Positions 27,994-37,330 of a DNA stretch of 64,000 nt are shown in pieces; position 1 is the stretch's first letter, and each line of letters starts with the position of its first letter. The position numbers and the translations under genes are program-made. This stretch comes from a virus (Duplodnaviria; Caudoviricetes): the IMG/VR virus record IMGVR_UViG_3300027736_000001, positions 1,311 through 65,310 of that record, one strand, 5' to 3'. The notes beneath the pieces were generated by a model. The model was given only the letters and a program-made list of their open reading frames with translations, did no database searches and was not told the origin of the DNA.

Positions 27994-28396
27994 GTTTGAC
28001 GTAGCGGCAGTAGACCTGTCTGGAATTTTGAACACCACTGCGGAGCAAAAAGCCAAGCAGTTGCCTGACCCCAAAAGGTTCATGATGTTGTGTGTTGTTC
28101 CCGAAGCAATGGAAGAGTATCACGACAGTGAAGTGGGGTTGATTAAAGACTCCAAGACAATGCACTATGAGGAAGTACTCACTCCGATCTTATTTGTTGT
28201 AAAGCTTGGCCCCGACTGCTACCAAGACCCTACCCGGTTCCCCAGTGGACCGTCGTGCAAGGAAGGTGATTTTGTCATCGTCCGACCCAATTCAGGCACC
28301 CGCCTGAAGATTCATGGCCGTGAATTCCGCATCATCAACGATGACTCGGTTGAAGCAGTTGTGGAAGACCCCCGTGGCATTACACGAGCATCATAA
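27986..28396 (+). CDS. GroES-like co-chaperonin
   Basis: VVKLGP...CKEGDFVIV....GTRLKIHGREFRIINDDSVEAVV. Confidence 0.8.
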   Translation: MTEFDVAAVDLSGILNTTAEQKAKQLPDPKRFMMLCVVPEAMEEYHDSEVGLIKDSKTMHYEEVLTPILFVVKLGPDCYQDPTRFPSGPSCKEGDFVIVRPNSGTRLKIHGREFRIINDDSVEAVVEDPRGITRAS

Positions 28397-28405
28397 GGAG
28401 TAATC

Positions 28406-29395
28406 ATGGCAACATTGCCTGCGTTTAAAGGTGAAGAATACAAGTTTCCTGACGAACAGGAGGCCGTTGTTGAAGACAAGTTTGAGGTAGAAATCGAGGA
28501 CGATACCCCTCCAGAGGACCGTGGGCGCAAGCCTATGAAGGAGCCCGTGGAAGACCCGACCGAAGACGAACTAGCTTCTTACGACGAAAAGGTTCAGGCC
28601 CGCATCAAGAAGTTCACTCGTGGCTACCACGACGAACGCCGCGCCAAAGAGGAAGCTCAGCGCGAACGAGAAGCTGCCGAAACCTTTGCCCGACAAGTGT
28701 TTGAGGAGAACAAACGTCTCCAACAGCAGCTTTCTACGGGTAGCAAGGCGTTTATTGAACAGACGCAATCCACTGCTGAAATTGAGCTTGGTGCCGCCAA
28801 AAAACGGTACAAAGAGGCTTATGAATCAGGGGATGTGGACGCATTTACCGAAGCGCAAGCGGATATCGCCAAAGCTACCTTGAAAATAGACAAAGCTTCC
28901 GGAATGCAGCCTATCGAAGTAAACGATAAGCAATTTGTCCCTGCACAACCCGCCGCTCCTAAGCTGGACCGCCGCACTCAGAAGTGGATAGATTCCAACA
29001 AAGACTGGTGGGGGGTAGACGATGAGATGACTATGACTGCTATGGGGCTTGACAAGAAGTTACAGAAGCAGTATGGTGCCGACTATATAGGTACTGAAGA
29101 GTACTTTGAAACCATCGATAAAACGATGCGCAAGAGATTTCCTGAGCAGTTTGAAGACGCTCAGAGCGACGAGGATGACGAACCGCCTCCAAAGAAAAGA
29201 ACGTCAGAACCGGCCTATGAGGATGATCCTCCACGCCGTGCAACAAAACCCGCTGCGGTTGTGGCTCCGGCCTCCCGTAGCACCCCGCCTAACCGTATTA
29301 AGTTAAAGGGGTCCGAAGCTGCGATTGCTCGCAGGCTTGGGGTCCCGATTGAAGAATACGCTAAACAGGTTGCCAAACTAAGAAGAGGTGAATAA
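28406..29395 (+). CDS. Putative scaffolding protein
   Basis: Acidic coiled-coil; C-terminal IARRLGVPIEEYAKQ; lies before capsid genes. Confidence 0.65.
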   Translation: MATLPAFKGEEYKFPDEQEAVVEDKFEVEIEDDTPPEDRGRKPMKEPVEDPTEDELASYDEKVQARIKKFTRGYHDERRAKEEAQREREAAETFARQVFEENKRLQQQLSTGSKAFIEQTQSTAEIELGAAKKRYKEAYESGDVDAFTEAQADIAKATLKIDKASGMQPIEVNDKQFVPAQPAAPKLDRRTQKWIDSNKDWWGVDDEMTMTAMGLDKKLQKQYGADYIGTEEYFETIDKTMRKRFPEQFEDAQSDEDDEPPPKKRTSEPAYEDDPPRRATKPAAVVAPASRSTPPNRIKLKGSEAAIARRLGVPIEEYAKQVAKLRRGE

Positions 29396-29874
29396 TGGAT
29401 CAAATGCAAGTCAAAGCTGCTGAAAAAGCACAAAATCGTATGAGTCGTGAGTTGGACTCTCGTGCCGTGATGCAACGCCCAACAGCGTGGCGTCCGCCTG
29501 AGACGCTTCCTATGCCGGATGACCGTCCGGGGTGGAAGCACCGCTACGTTCGCATCAGTACGATGGGCGTCGCTGATCCAAGCAACATTTCTTCAAAGTT
29601 ACGCGAAGGTTACGAGCCGTGTAAAGCGGACGAGTATCCCGAGCTAATGATGCACGCTACCACCGAAGGCCGCTTTAAAGGCTGCGTTGAGGTGGGTGGA
29701 CTGTTGCTTTGCCGCATTCCTGAAGAGTTTTTGGCCCAGCGTATGAAATACTACGACAACCAAAATCGCGCACAGATGGAATCGGTGGACAACAATTTTC
29801 TTCGTGATAGTGATCCTCGTATGCCTCTGTTCTCAGAGAAAAAGACGAAGGTTACTTTCGGTTCTGGTTCATAA
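29395..29874 (+). CDS. Head-module protein
   Basis: Between scaffold and capsid genes. Confidence 0.6.
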   Translation: MDQMQVKAAEKAQNRMSRELDSRAVMQRPTAWRPPETLPMPDDRPGWKHRYVRISTMGVADPSNISSKLREGYEPCKADEYPELMMHATTEGRFKGCVEVGGLLLCRIPEEFLAQRMKYYDNQNRAQMESVDNNFLRDSDPRMPLFSEKKTKVTFGSGS

Positions 29875-29888
29875 ACTTGGAGTCTTAA

Positions 29889-30545
29889 ATGGCATATCCT
29901 ACGATCGACAAGCCTTACGGCTTGAAGCCGATCAATCTGTATGGCGGTACCCCCTTCGCGGGCGCTACTCGCCAGTATCGGATTGCTTCTGGCTACAACA
30001 CTGCAATTTTTTACGGCGACGTTGTTGAGATGATTAACGATGGCACGATTATCAAATCTGCTATCACGACCGCTCGCGCAACCGTAACGACCTCGCAGGT
30101 CATTGGCATTTTTATGGGTTGTTCATACGTGAACGCTCAAGGCCAAGTGATTTTCGCGCAGTACTTCCCTGCAAACACCACGGCTCCCACGGGTACGTTC
30201 ATTACCGCTAACATCGTTAATGACCCCAACACCCTGTTCAAAGCTGTGATTGCCGCAGGCGCAACTGCCGATGACGCAACCTCCGGTTTGCTGCCTTCCA
30301 GCACTACGCAATTTACCGTTGTCGGTACTAACGTAGCCTTGGTGCAGAACACTGGTTTGACGACTACTGGCGATAGCCGCGTAGCCGTTGCATCGTCTGC
30401 AACCACTGGAACACTGCCCCTAAACGTTGTTGACGTTGTTCAAGACACGTCTTATGTCAACGGTTCTGGCAACGTTGTGTTCCCCGAGATCATCGTTCGT
30501 TGGAACTTTGAAATTCATACCACCACTATCGCTTCTGGCGTTTAA
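29889..30545 (+). CDS. Putative capsid decoration/cement protein
   Basis: Beta-rich; directly upstream of the major capsid gene. Confidence 0.5.
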   Translation: MAYPTIDKPYGLKPINLYGGTPFAGATRQYRIASGYNTAIFYGDVVEMINDGTIIKSAITTARATVTTSQVIGIFMGCSYVNAQGQVIFAQYFPANTTAPTGTFITANIVNDPNTLFKAVIAAGATADDATSGLLPSSTTQFTVVGTNVALVQNTGLTTTGDSRVAVASSATTGTLPLNVVDVVQDTSYVNGSGNVVFPEIIVRWNFEIHTTTIASGV

Positions 30546-30561
30546 TCAAGGAGCTTAAATC

Positions 30562-31473
30562 ATGGCTATTTCACGCGCACAACTGCTGAAAGAGTTGCTC
30601 CCAGGTCTGAACGCTTTGTTCGGTATGGAGTATTCTCGTTACGGCGAAGAACACAAAGAGATCTACGAAACTGAGACCTCTGAGCGTTCGTTTGAAGAAG
30701 AGACCAAACTGTCTGGATTCTCCGCCGCTCCGGTGAAGAACGAAGGCTCCGCAATTGCTTATGACAATGCGCAGGAAGCTTGGTCAACCCGCTATACGCA
30801 CGAAACCATCGCCTTGGGTTTCTCGATCACTGAAGAAGCGGTCGAAGATAACTTGTACGACAGCTTGTCTGCTCGCTACACCAAGTCGCTGGCTCGCGCT
30901 ATGGCTTACACCAAGCAAGTCAAGGCTGCTTCGGTCATTAACAACGGTTTCTCCAGCACCTACGCAGGTGGTGATGGCGTTTCTCTGTTCAATGCTAGCC
31001 ACCCCTTGATCTCTGGTGGTGTCAACAGCAACACTCCTTCTACCCAAGTTGATTTGAACGAGACTTCTTTGGAAGCTGCCGTTATTCAGATTGCCGCTTG
31101 GACGGATGAGCGTGGTTTGTTGATCGCAGCCAAGCCCAAGAAGATGGTTGTTCCTCCTGCCCTGATGTTCGTGGCCAAGCGTTTGCTGGACACCGAACTG
31201 CGGGTCTCTACTGCTGATAACGATATCAACGCTATTAAGCAGATGGGCGCAATCCCTGAAGGCTACTGTGTCAATCACTTCTTGACTGACACCAATGGCT
31301 GGTATCTGACCACTGACGTGCCCAACGGCATGAAGCACTTTGTCCGTACTCCTCTCCAGAACTCAATGGATGGTGATTTCGACACTGGCAACGTCCGTTA
31401 CAAGGCTCGTGAGCGTTACAGCTTCGGCTGGTCTGACCCCTTGGGTATGTGGGGTTCTTCAGGTTCGACCTGA
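30562..31473 (+). CDS. Major capsid protein (Mu gpT-like)
   Basis: MAISRAQLLKELLPGLNALFG...YKARERYSFGWSDP; strong RBS; followed by a terminator. Confidence 0.85.
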   Translation: MAISRAQLLKELLPGLNALFGMEYSRYGEEHKEIYETETSERSFEEETKLSGFSAAPVKNEGSAIAYDNAQEAWSTRYTHETIALGFSITEEAVEDNLYDSLSARYTKSLARAMAYTKQVKAASVINNGFSSTYAGGDGVSLFNASHPLISGGVNSNTPSTQVDLNETSLEAAVIQIAAWTDERGLLIAAKPKKMVVPPALMFVAKRLLDTELRVSTADNDINAIKQMGAIPEGYCVNHFLTDTNGWYLTTDVPNGMKHFVRTPLQNSMDGDFDTGNVRYKARERYSFGWSDPLGMWGSSGST

Positions 31474-31480
31474 TGAGACT

Positions 31481-31511
31481 GAAAAAGGGGCCTTGTGCCC
31501 CTTTTTCTTTT
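31481..31511 (+). terminator. Intrinsic terminator after the capsid gene
   Basis: GAAAAAGGGGC-cttgt-GCCCCTTTTTC-TTTT. Confidence 0.85.
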
Positions 31512-31524
31512 AGTGTATATTGGC

Positions 31525-31600
31525 CACATTCCGGGGTTCCCGGTGTATCTGACAGTCCCGGCTGACGACATGCAGACAGATACGCCCCACTTGCATGTAA
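31525..31600 (+). ncRNA. Structured RNA, probable Mu-gpT-DE motif
   Basis: GTGTATCTG(31543-51)/CAGATACGC(31577-85) crossed by ACATGCA(31568-74)/TGCATGT(31592-98); downstream of a gpT-like gene. Confidence 0.55.
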
Positions 31601-31609
31601 GGAAAAATC

Positions 31610-32149
31610 ATGGCACGCACTACGTTTCAGGGCCCAATTCGTTCTTTGGGCGGCATCTATCAGCAAGGCCCAGCCGCTGTTATTGACATCACTTCTAGCA
31701 CCACTCTGAACCCCGTTGACCACGGCGGTCGAATCATTTCTGTTGGTGGGTCGTTGGCCGCAGCACTTACGCTGACTTTGCCAACTATCAACGCATCTAC
31801 CAACCCCGCAACTTCTGGCCCTGGCCAAGACCCCAACACCATCAACAACGAAGGCGTTGTCTACACCATCTGGGTTCCCACCACCATCTCCACTAGCGCG
31901 TTAAAAATTGGCACTGACGGTACCGATAAATACATTGGCGCTGTGTTGTCTATTGACACCGATACCTCTGGTGCCGCTGTAGGGTTTACCGCAGGCGCAA
32001 GTGATGACTTCATCAACTTGAACGGCACTACCACTGGCGGTGTCGCTGGAACTTTTGTTCAGATTGTTGCTGTTGCTGCTCTGAAATACATGGTCACTGG
32101 CACTGTGTTGGGTTCTGGCACTGTTGCCACCCCGTTTGCTACTTCTTAA
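31610..32149 (+). CDS. Virion structural protein
   Basis: Thr/Gly-rich; MARTTFQGP N-terminus. Confidence 0.6.
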   Translation: MARTTFQGPIRSLGGIYQQGPAAVIDITSSTTLNPVDHGGRIISVGGSLAAALTLTLPTINASTNPATSGPGQDPNTINNEGVVYTIWVPTTISTSALKIGTDGTDKYIGAVLSIDTDTSGAAVGFTAGASDDFINLNGTTTGGVAGTFVQIVAVAALKYMVTGTVLGSGTVATPFATS

Positions 32150-32162
32150 TTAGGAGCCAAAT

Positions 32163-32705
32163 ATGGCTATGCAAACGGACGTTAAGTCAGCACACTTAAA
32201 TGTGACTGGCATCGCGGTCAGTGGTAGAACTCGCTTTCGCGGGTTGTTCTATACCAGCGGTACTTCCGCAGGTACGCTCAATGTATGGGACACCCTCAGT
32301 GCTGTGACGGCCATCACGTCGTATACGCGCACGGGTAACACCATTACCGTCACTTTGGCAAGCCACGGTTTGAACACTGGGGATCAGATTGGCTTGAGTT
32401 TCAGCTCTGGTACGGGTGGATACGGGACAAACGGCACTTACATTGTCACTGTCACCAACTCCAGCACCTACACCGTGCAAGACATCAACTCGGGCACGAT
32501 CACTTCTGGCACGGGTGGGACTCAAACTGTCGCTGGCGGGCGTTGGCTGTTCTCTATGGACACGGCTGGCCAAACCACTTCAGGTCAACCCGGTATAACC
32601 AGCGTATTGATCCCTGGTGAAGGTATTCTTGCGCAAACTGGCATTTATGCCCAGATGGGTACGTCTGGAACAAACCAGAATGGTTTGACAATCTTCTATG
32701 GCTAA
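32163..32705 (+). CDS. Virion structural protein with beta-rich insert
   Basis: TITVTLASHGLNTGDQI (E1 FCCH-like). Confidence 0.55.
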   Translation: MAMQTDVKSAHLNVTGIAVSGRTRFRGLFYTSGTSAGTLNVWDTLSAVTAITSYTRTGNTITVTLASHGLNTGDQIGLSFSSGTGGYGTNGTYIVTVTNSSTYTVQDINSGTITSGTGGTQTVAGGRWLFSMDTAGQTTSGQPGITSVLIPGEGILAQTGIYAQMGTSGTNQNGLTIFYG

Positions 32706-33021
32706 GTCTCCTGCATGGCAACGCAAGGAAGGCAAATCCGAGAAGGGCGGCTTGAACGCCAAGGGGCGGGCTTCCTACAATGCAGCCAATCCGGGCAAAC
32801 CGGGGTTAAAAGCCCCGCAGCCCGAGGGCGGCAGCAGGCGCGACTCTTTCTGTGCAAGGATGAGTGGGATGAAGAAAAAGCTGACATCCGAGAAGACAGC
32901 CAACGACCCAAACAGCCGGATTAACAAAAGCCTCCGGGCTTGGAATTGCGCCGAGGGTGGGTATGTGAATTCAGCAGACGGTATTGCCCAACGGGGCAAA
33001 ACTAAAGGAAAGATGTACTGA
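32698..33021 (+). CDS. Small basic protein with C-terminal ADGIAQRGKTKG tag
   Basis: GGLNAKGRASYN...RRDSFCARM...SLRAWNC. Confidence 0.7.
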   Translation: MAKSPAWQRKEGKSEKGGLNAKGRASYNAANPGKPGLKAPQPEGGSRRDSFCARMSGMKKKLTSEKTANDPNSRINKSLRAWNCAEGGYVNSADGIAQRGKTKGKMY

Positions 33022-33022
33022 C

Positions 33023-33211
33023 ATGAACCACGATGTAAAAACAATGACTGATGGCGCGGCAGTTGTGATGGGCCTTGGGGGTTTCTTAGGGTGGATGACT
33101 CCTGTGGTGACACTTATTGGCGGCGTGTTGACCATCGTGTGGATGGTTATCCGTATCTGGGAAACCGATACCGTACAGCGGTGGGCATATAAAGATGCCG
33201 TCAACAAGTAA
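33023..33211 (+). CDS. Small two-TM membrane protein (holin-like)
   Basis: AVVMGLGGFLGW and VVTLIGGVLTIVWMVI. Confidence 0.5.
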   Translation: MNHDVKTMTDGAAVVMGLGGFLGWMTPVVTLIGGVLTIVWMVIRIWETDTVQRWAYKDAVNK

Positions 33212-33704
33212 AAAACAACACAACTTTATGGCGGCGGTGGCCCACAATCCGGCGTTTGCCAAAAAGGTTGGAGTCCCCCAAAGCGTAGGGCAAGATTTTG
33301 CCACCGCTGACAAAGGCAAAAAGTTTGGCGCGGGTACCCGTGCTGATTTGCAAGGTGTGAACAAGCCCAAAACCGATCAGGGCAAAAATGAACTTTTCAA
33401 CAAAGGTGGTGATACTATGGCAGGCAAAATGAATCCCGGTTTTATGGCAATGATGGCCAAGAAAAAGAGCGCACAGGAAGGCTCTAAAGCTGACATGGCG
33501 GCTGACAAAAAACAAATGATGGGCATGAAAAAGGGCGGCATGAAAAAAATGGCTTCGGGCGGTATGACTGCCTCGAAAATGGGTTCTGTTAAGACCGCCG
33601 CTCCTAGTGTGGACGGACTTGCTGCCAAGGGTAAAACCAAAGGCACTCAAGTCAAGATGACTGGTAGCAAACCTCTGGGTATGAAAAAGGGCGGCAAAGC
33701 CTAA
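33195..33704 (+). CDS. Lys/Met-rich basic protein with repeated KKGG motifs
   Basis: MPSTSKKQHNFMAAVAHNP; MKKGG, MASGG, DGLAAKGKTKG. Confidence 0.7.
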   Translation: MPSTSKKQHNFMAAVAHNPAFAKKVGVPQSVGQDFATADKGKKFGAGTRADLQGVNKPKTDQGKNELFNKGGDTMAGKMNPGFMAMMAKKKSAQEGSKADMAADKKQMMGMKKGGMKKMASGGMTASKMGSVKTAAPSVDGLAAKGKTKGTQVKMTGSKPLGMKKGGKA

Positions 33705-33716
33705 AAGGAGCCTGAC

Positions 33717-34397
33717 ATGGCACGAGGACAAGATTTAGCTGGGCTTGCAGCCCTTGCTGGGTTGGCCTATATGGCCAACAGGAAAAGCAAAAAAAGCCAA
33801 GAGACCACCGGGGTTGATCCCGGTGCGGCTATGGGCGCGACTCCTTCCGAAGACGCTGGTAGTTTTGGCTACGGCGACGCTGGTGCGGCGGTTGATGCCG
33901 CGTCAATGGCTGATATGGGGCCTAGCGGCTCCCGTACCAAAGTCAACCCAGAGACGGGCGATCTGTACTATCCAGAAGGCGCTCCCGCGCCCGCTCGCGC
34001 CGCTCCTACTCGCTCTGCGGCCTCTGCCCGCGCTCCCGCTGCCCAAGCTCCAGCCCGCGATCCTCGTGATCTGGAACAAAACCTGTATGTGTCCAGAGGT
34101 GCTCGCCCTGCTAAGTTTAGAGAGACTCAAGCTCCCGCCCAAGCTCCCGCCCAAGCCCCCGCTCGTCCTTCTGCTGCTGGGCAAAAGTACTCCGCTGATC
34201 CCGATGCAACCATTGGTAAATTTGTTCCCGGCATAGGGTATGTAGATGTCAACGGGAATATCATGTCTCGCAATAGGCAGTACAAAAAAGGCGGCGCAGT
34301 CAAGGCTAAGAAGATGGCCAGCGGCGGCGTGACTTCGGCTTCTAAACGCGCTGACGGTATTGCTTCTCGTGGCAAAACCAAGTGCAAAATGTATTGA
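33717..34397 (+). CDS. Ala/Pro-rich protein with C-terminal tag
   Basis: YKKGGAV..MASGGV.SASKRADGIASRGKTK. Confidence 0.7.
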   Translation: MARGQDLAGLAALAGLAYMANRKSKKSQETTGVDPGAAMGATPSEDAGSFGYGDAGAAVDAASMADMGPSGSRTKVNPETGDLYYPEGAPAPARAAPTRSAASARAPAAQAPARDPRDLEQNLYVSRGARPAKFRETQAPAQAPAQAPARPSAAGQKYSADPDATIGKFVPGIGYVDVNGNIMSRNRQYKKGGAVKAKKMASGGVTSASKRADGIASRGKTKCKMY

Positions 34398-34405
34398 GGT
34401 GAATC

Positions 34406-34837
34406 ATGAAAGATGAATACGAGCCCCGAGGGTTGAAAAAAATGCGGGATATGGATATGTCCCCAGAGGACGTAGCTGAAGATAAAGCGGCTAAAAAAGC
34501 TACAGAGGCTTACAACAAAGCAATGCCTGAAGCCGATACAACTTTTGGCAAGCTAAAAAAGTTTGCGTCCAATAAAAAGGACGAAATGGAGTCTGCCGCT
34601 AAAAACTTTGATGTTAATGGAGCCGCAAGAACAACACTTTATACCAATCCTGTCACTGCCCCTGGGATAGCCGCGTATGACACTGTTAAAGCCCTTCGTG
34701 AAGAAGGCAAAAACAGAAAAGCCCCAAGGCTTAATGAGATGGGTGATGCCTACAAAAAAGGTGGTAGCGTTGGTACTGCCTCAAGCCGTGCTGATGGCAT
34801 CGCTCAGCGGGGTAAAACCCGTGGAACATTTGTATGA
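34406..34837 (+). CDS. Protein with C-terminal tag
   Basis: YKKGGSV.TASSRADGIAQRGKTRG. Confidence 0.7.
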   Translation: MKDEYEPRGLKKMRDMDMSPEDVAEDKAAKKATEAYNKAMPEADTTFGKLKKFASNKKDEMESAAKNFDVNGAARTTLYTNPVTAPGIAAYDTVKALREEGKNRKAPRLNEMGDAYKKGGSVGTASSRADGIAQRGKTRGTFV

Positions 34838-35334
34838 TGGCAAGCCGTGGGATGGGGGCGATCAACCCCAAGAAGATGCCGACCAAGAAGGTCATCCATC
34901 GCACGGATAACCCTGACGATGTGGACATGTACAAAGAGGGCGGGTCTATTCGTGGGCCTAGTGGCCCTGGATCAGTTGATGGAGTTGGTGGCCCTGGTAA
35001 ACCGAAACAGACTGGTAGTTTGGCAGGTAAGTACAGTACGCTAGTTTCAAGCGACCTTCAAAACGCCAAAGCAAAAGCTGAAAGTTTAGGATTGCAGCAA
35101 GACGTGCAAAATATTACCGCCGAAGAAAATTTGCGGGCTCGGTTAAAAGGGCAGAAAAATGGCGGTAAAGTAAACGCTGCTGGCAACTACACCAAACCGG
35201 GTATGCGTAAGTCGCTGTTTAATTCCATCAAGAATTCAGCAACGCAGGGTACGGCGGCAGGCCAGTGGTCAGCCAGAAAAGCGCAGTTGCTGGCCAAGAG
35301 GTACAAGGCCGCAGGTGGGGGCTATCGAGATTGA
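34834..35334 (+). CDS. Basic protein
   Basis: MASRGMGAINP...NYTKPGMRK...WSARKAQ..YKAAGGGY. Confidence 0.7.
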   Translation: MMASRGMGAINPKKMPTKKVIHRTDNPDDVDMYKEGGSIRGPSGPGSVDGVGGPGKPKQTGSLAGKYSTLVSSDLQNAKAKAESLGLQQDVQNITAEENLRARLKGQKNGGKVNAAGNYTKPGMRKSLFNSIKNSATQGTAAGQWSARKAQLLAKRYKAAGGGYRD

Positions 35335-35564
35335 AAGCGCCACAGACTTCCCTCAAAAATTGGACAGACCAGAAATGGAGGACCAAAAGTGGAAAACCGT
35401 CTAGCAAAACAGGTGAACGATATCTTCCAGAAGCTGCGATCAAAAGTCTTAGCCCTGCTGAGTACGCTGCGACAACGCGGGCAAAACGAGCAGGCAAAAA
35501 AGCCGGAAAACAATTTGTAGCGCAACCAAAGAGCATTGCAAAGAAAACAGCAGGGTTTAGATAA
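35331..35564 (+). CDS. Basic protein (DUF5872-like)
   Basis: TTG start overlapping the upstream stop; SLKNWTDQKW..SKTGERYLP. Confidence 0.6.
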   Translation: MKAPQTSLKNWTDQKWRTKSGKPSSKTGERYLPEAAIKSLSPAEYAATTRAKRAGKKAGKQFVAQPKSIAKKTAGFR

Positions 35565-36493
35565 TGGCAGTCACATCTGGCGCAACATCATTCAACCTTG
35601 ACCTGACAGAGTTGGTCGAGGAAGCTTACGAGCGTGCTGGCTCGGAGTTGCGCACGGGTTACGACCTGCGTACAGCGCGGCGTAGCCTTAACATCATGTT
35701 TGCAGATTGGGCCAGTCGCGGCATCAATATGTGGACGTTTGAGCCGGGCATCATCAACTTGGTTCAAGGGCAAAACACCTACGCACTGCCAGACGACACC
35801 ATTGACCTGCTGGAGCATGTGATTCGCACGGGCGGGAACGTGGCGGCAACGCAGGCCGATCTGACCATCACTCGTATCAGTGTTTCTACCTACGCTACGA
35901 TTCCCAACAAGATTCAACAAGCTCGCCCAATTCAAGTGTGGGTGCAGCGATTCAATGGCCAGAATTCGCCCGTGAGTGCAACCCTGAGCACCACAATCAC
36001 TTCGTCGTCCACTGAGATTGTGCTGAGCAATGTGGTCAACTTACCCGCATCTGGGTTTATCAAGCTCGACAGTGAGATCATCAACTACGGATACATATCA
36101 GGGAATACCCTGTATAACTGCTTTCGGGGGCAACAAAACACCACTGCGGCGGCTCACACTGCTGGCGCAACTGTGTATTGGGCGCAAGTCCCTGCCGTCA
36201 CGGTTTGGCCAACCCCTGACAATGCCCAGACATATCAGTTTGTGTACTGGAGGCTGCGCCGCACCCAAGATGCAGGTGGCGGTGTCAACGTCATGGATGT
36301 GCCGTTCAGGTTCATTCCCTGCATGGCGGCTGGCTTGTCGTACTACATTGCTGGCAAGATTCCTTCTGGTTTTGAGCGGATACCCATGTTGAAATCTCAG
36401 TACGACGAAGCATGGCAGATAGCGGCTGGCGAAGACCAAGAGAAAGCGTCTGTTCGCTTTGTGCCGAGACAGCAGTTTATTGGTGGGGCTTAA
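35564..36493 (+). CDS. Putative head-tail adaptor
   Basis: LVEEAYERAG...ARRSLN..WASRGINMW; VPFRFIPCMAAGLSYY. Confidence 0.55.
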   Translation: MAVTSGATSFNLDLTELVEEAYERAGSELRTGYDLRTARRSLNIMFADWASRGINMWTFEPGIINLVQGQNTYALPDDTIDLLEHVIRTGGNVAATQADLTITRISVSTYATIPNKIQQARPIQVWVQRFNGQNSPVSATLSTTITSSSTEIVLSNVVNLPASGFIKLDSEIINYGYISGNTLYNCFRGQQNTTAAAHTAGATVYWAQVPAVTVWPTPDNAQTYQFVYWRLRRTQDAGGGVNVMDVPFRFIPCMAAGLSYYIAGKIPSGFERIPMLKSQYDEAWQIAAGEDQEKASVRFVPRQQFIGGA

Positions 36494-36921
36494 TGGGGAA
36501 TAGGTTCGCCTCTGGTAAAAATGCGATCTCCCAGTGCGATCGCTGTGACCAGCGTTTTAAGCTCACGCTTTTGAAGCGTGAAGTCATCAAGGGGCGTAAC
36601 TACGATCTTTTGGTTTGCCCGGAGTGCTGGGACCCGGATCAGCCACAATTGCACTTGGGCGAGTTTCCAGTAGACGACCCACAAGGCTTGCGTAATCCCC
36701 GTCCTGACCGAAGCTATGTGCTGTCGGGGACAAGCGGGTTGCAGACCAATGTGAATGGCGGTACTGGGCCAACGGGCACTGGGACTGTGGAAGCGGGTAG
36801 CCGAATCTTTCAGTGGGGGTGGAGCCCTGTGGGGGGGTCATCATTTTTTGACGCAGCACTCACACCAAATAACTTGGTTTTGGGCGTGCAATTGGGTACA
36901 GTATCGGTATCAACGACATAA
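36493..36921 (+). CDS. Zinc-finger protein (CDRC...CPEC)
   Basis: TAATG-coupled start. Confidence 0.6.
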   Translation: MGNRFASGKNAISQCDRCDQRFKLTLLKREVIKGRNYDLLVCPECWDPDQPQLHLGEFPVDDPQGLRNPRPDRSYVLSGTSGLQTNVNGGTGPTGTGTVEAGSRIFQWGWSPVGGSSFFDAALTPNNLVLGVQLGTVSVSTT

Positions 36922-36930
36922 GGAGTCGAA

Positions 36931-37128
36931 ATGGACAAGAAAGACTTGGCACAAGACAAAGCCCTCATCAAGAAGGCTTTCAAACAGCACGATAAACAAG
37001 AGCACAAAGGCGGTAAAGGCACTGCTTTGAAATTGCGTGCTGGCGGTAAAACCAACAGCGATATGCTCAAGTACGGGCGCGGTATGGCCAAAGTGATGAA
37101 CCAGCGTAGTTCTGGTCGTGGAGGTTAA
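36931..37128 (+). CDS. Small basic protein
   Basis: AAGGAG RBS; LRAGG motif. Confidence 0.65.
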   Translation: MDKKDLAQDKALIKKAFKQHDKQEHKGGKGTALKLRAGGKTNSDMLKYGRGMAKVMNQRSSGRGG

Positions 37129-37129
37129 T

Positions 37130-37330
37130 ATGGCAACGTACAAAGTACCAAAAAAAGTAGCCACCGTGGTTGTTGGTGAAGAGCCAGCAAAAGAGACAAT
37201 GCGTAAAGCAAACGTGTCTGTGGCTAACACACGCAGTCAAGACTATCCCCCCACCAAAACCAGCGGCATCAAAATCCGTGGTACTGGTGCAGCCACTAAA
37301 GGTCTGATGGCCAGAGGCCCGATGGCATGA
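37130..37330 (+). CDS. Small basic protein
   Basis: GGAGG RBS; SGIKIRGTGAATKG. Confidence 0.65.
   Translation: MATYKVPKKVATVVVGEEPAKETMRKANVSVANTRSQDYPPTKTSGIKIRGTGAATKGLMARGPMA

Noticed and set aside
31562-31606. CTGACGA as a hammerhead ribozyme core
   Set aside because: GAAA does not directly follow the putative stem II and stems I/III cannot be built convincingly
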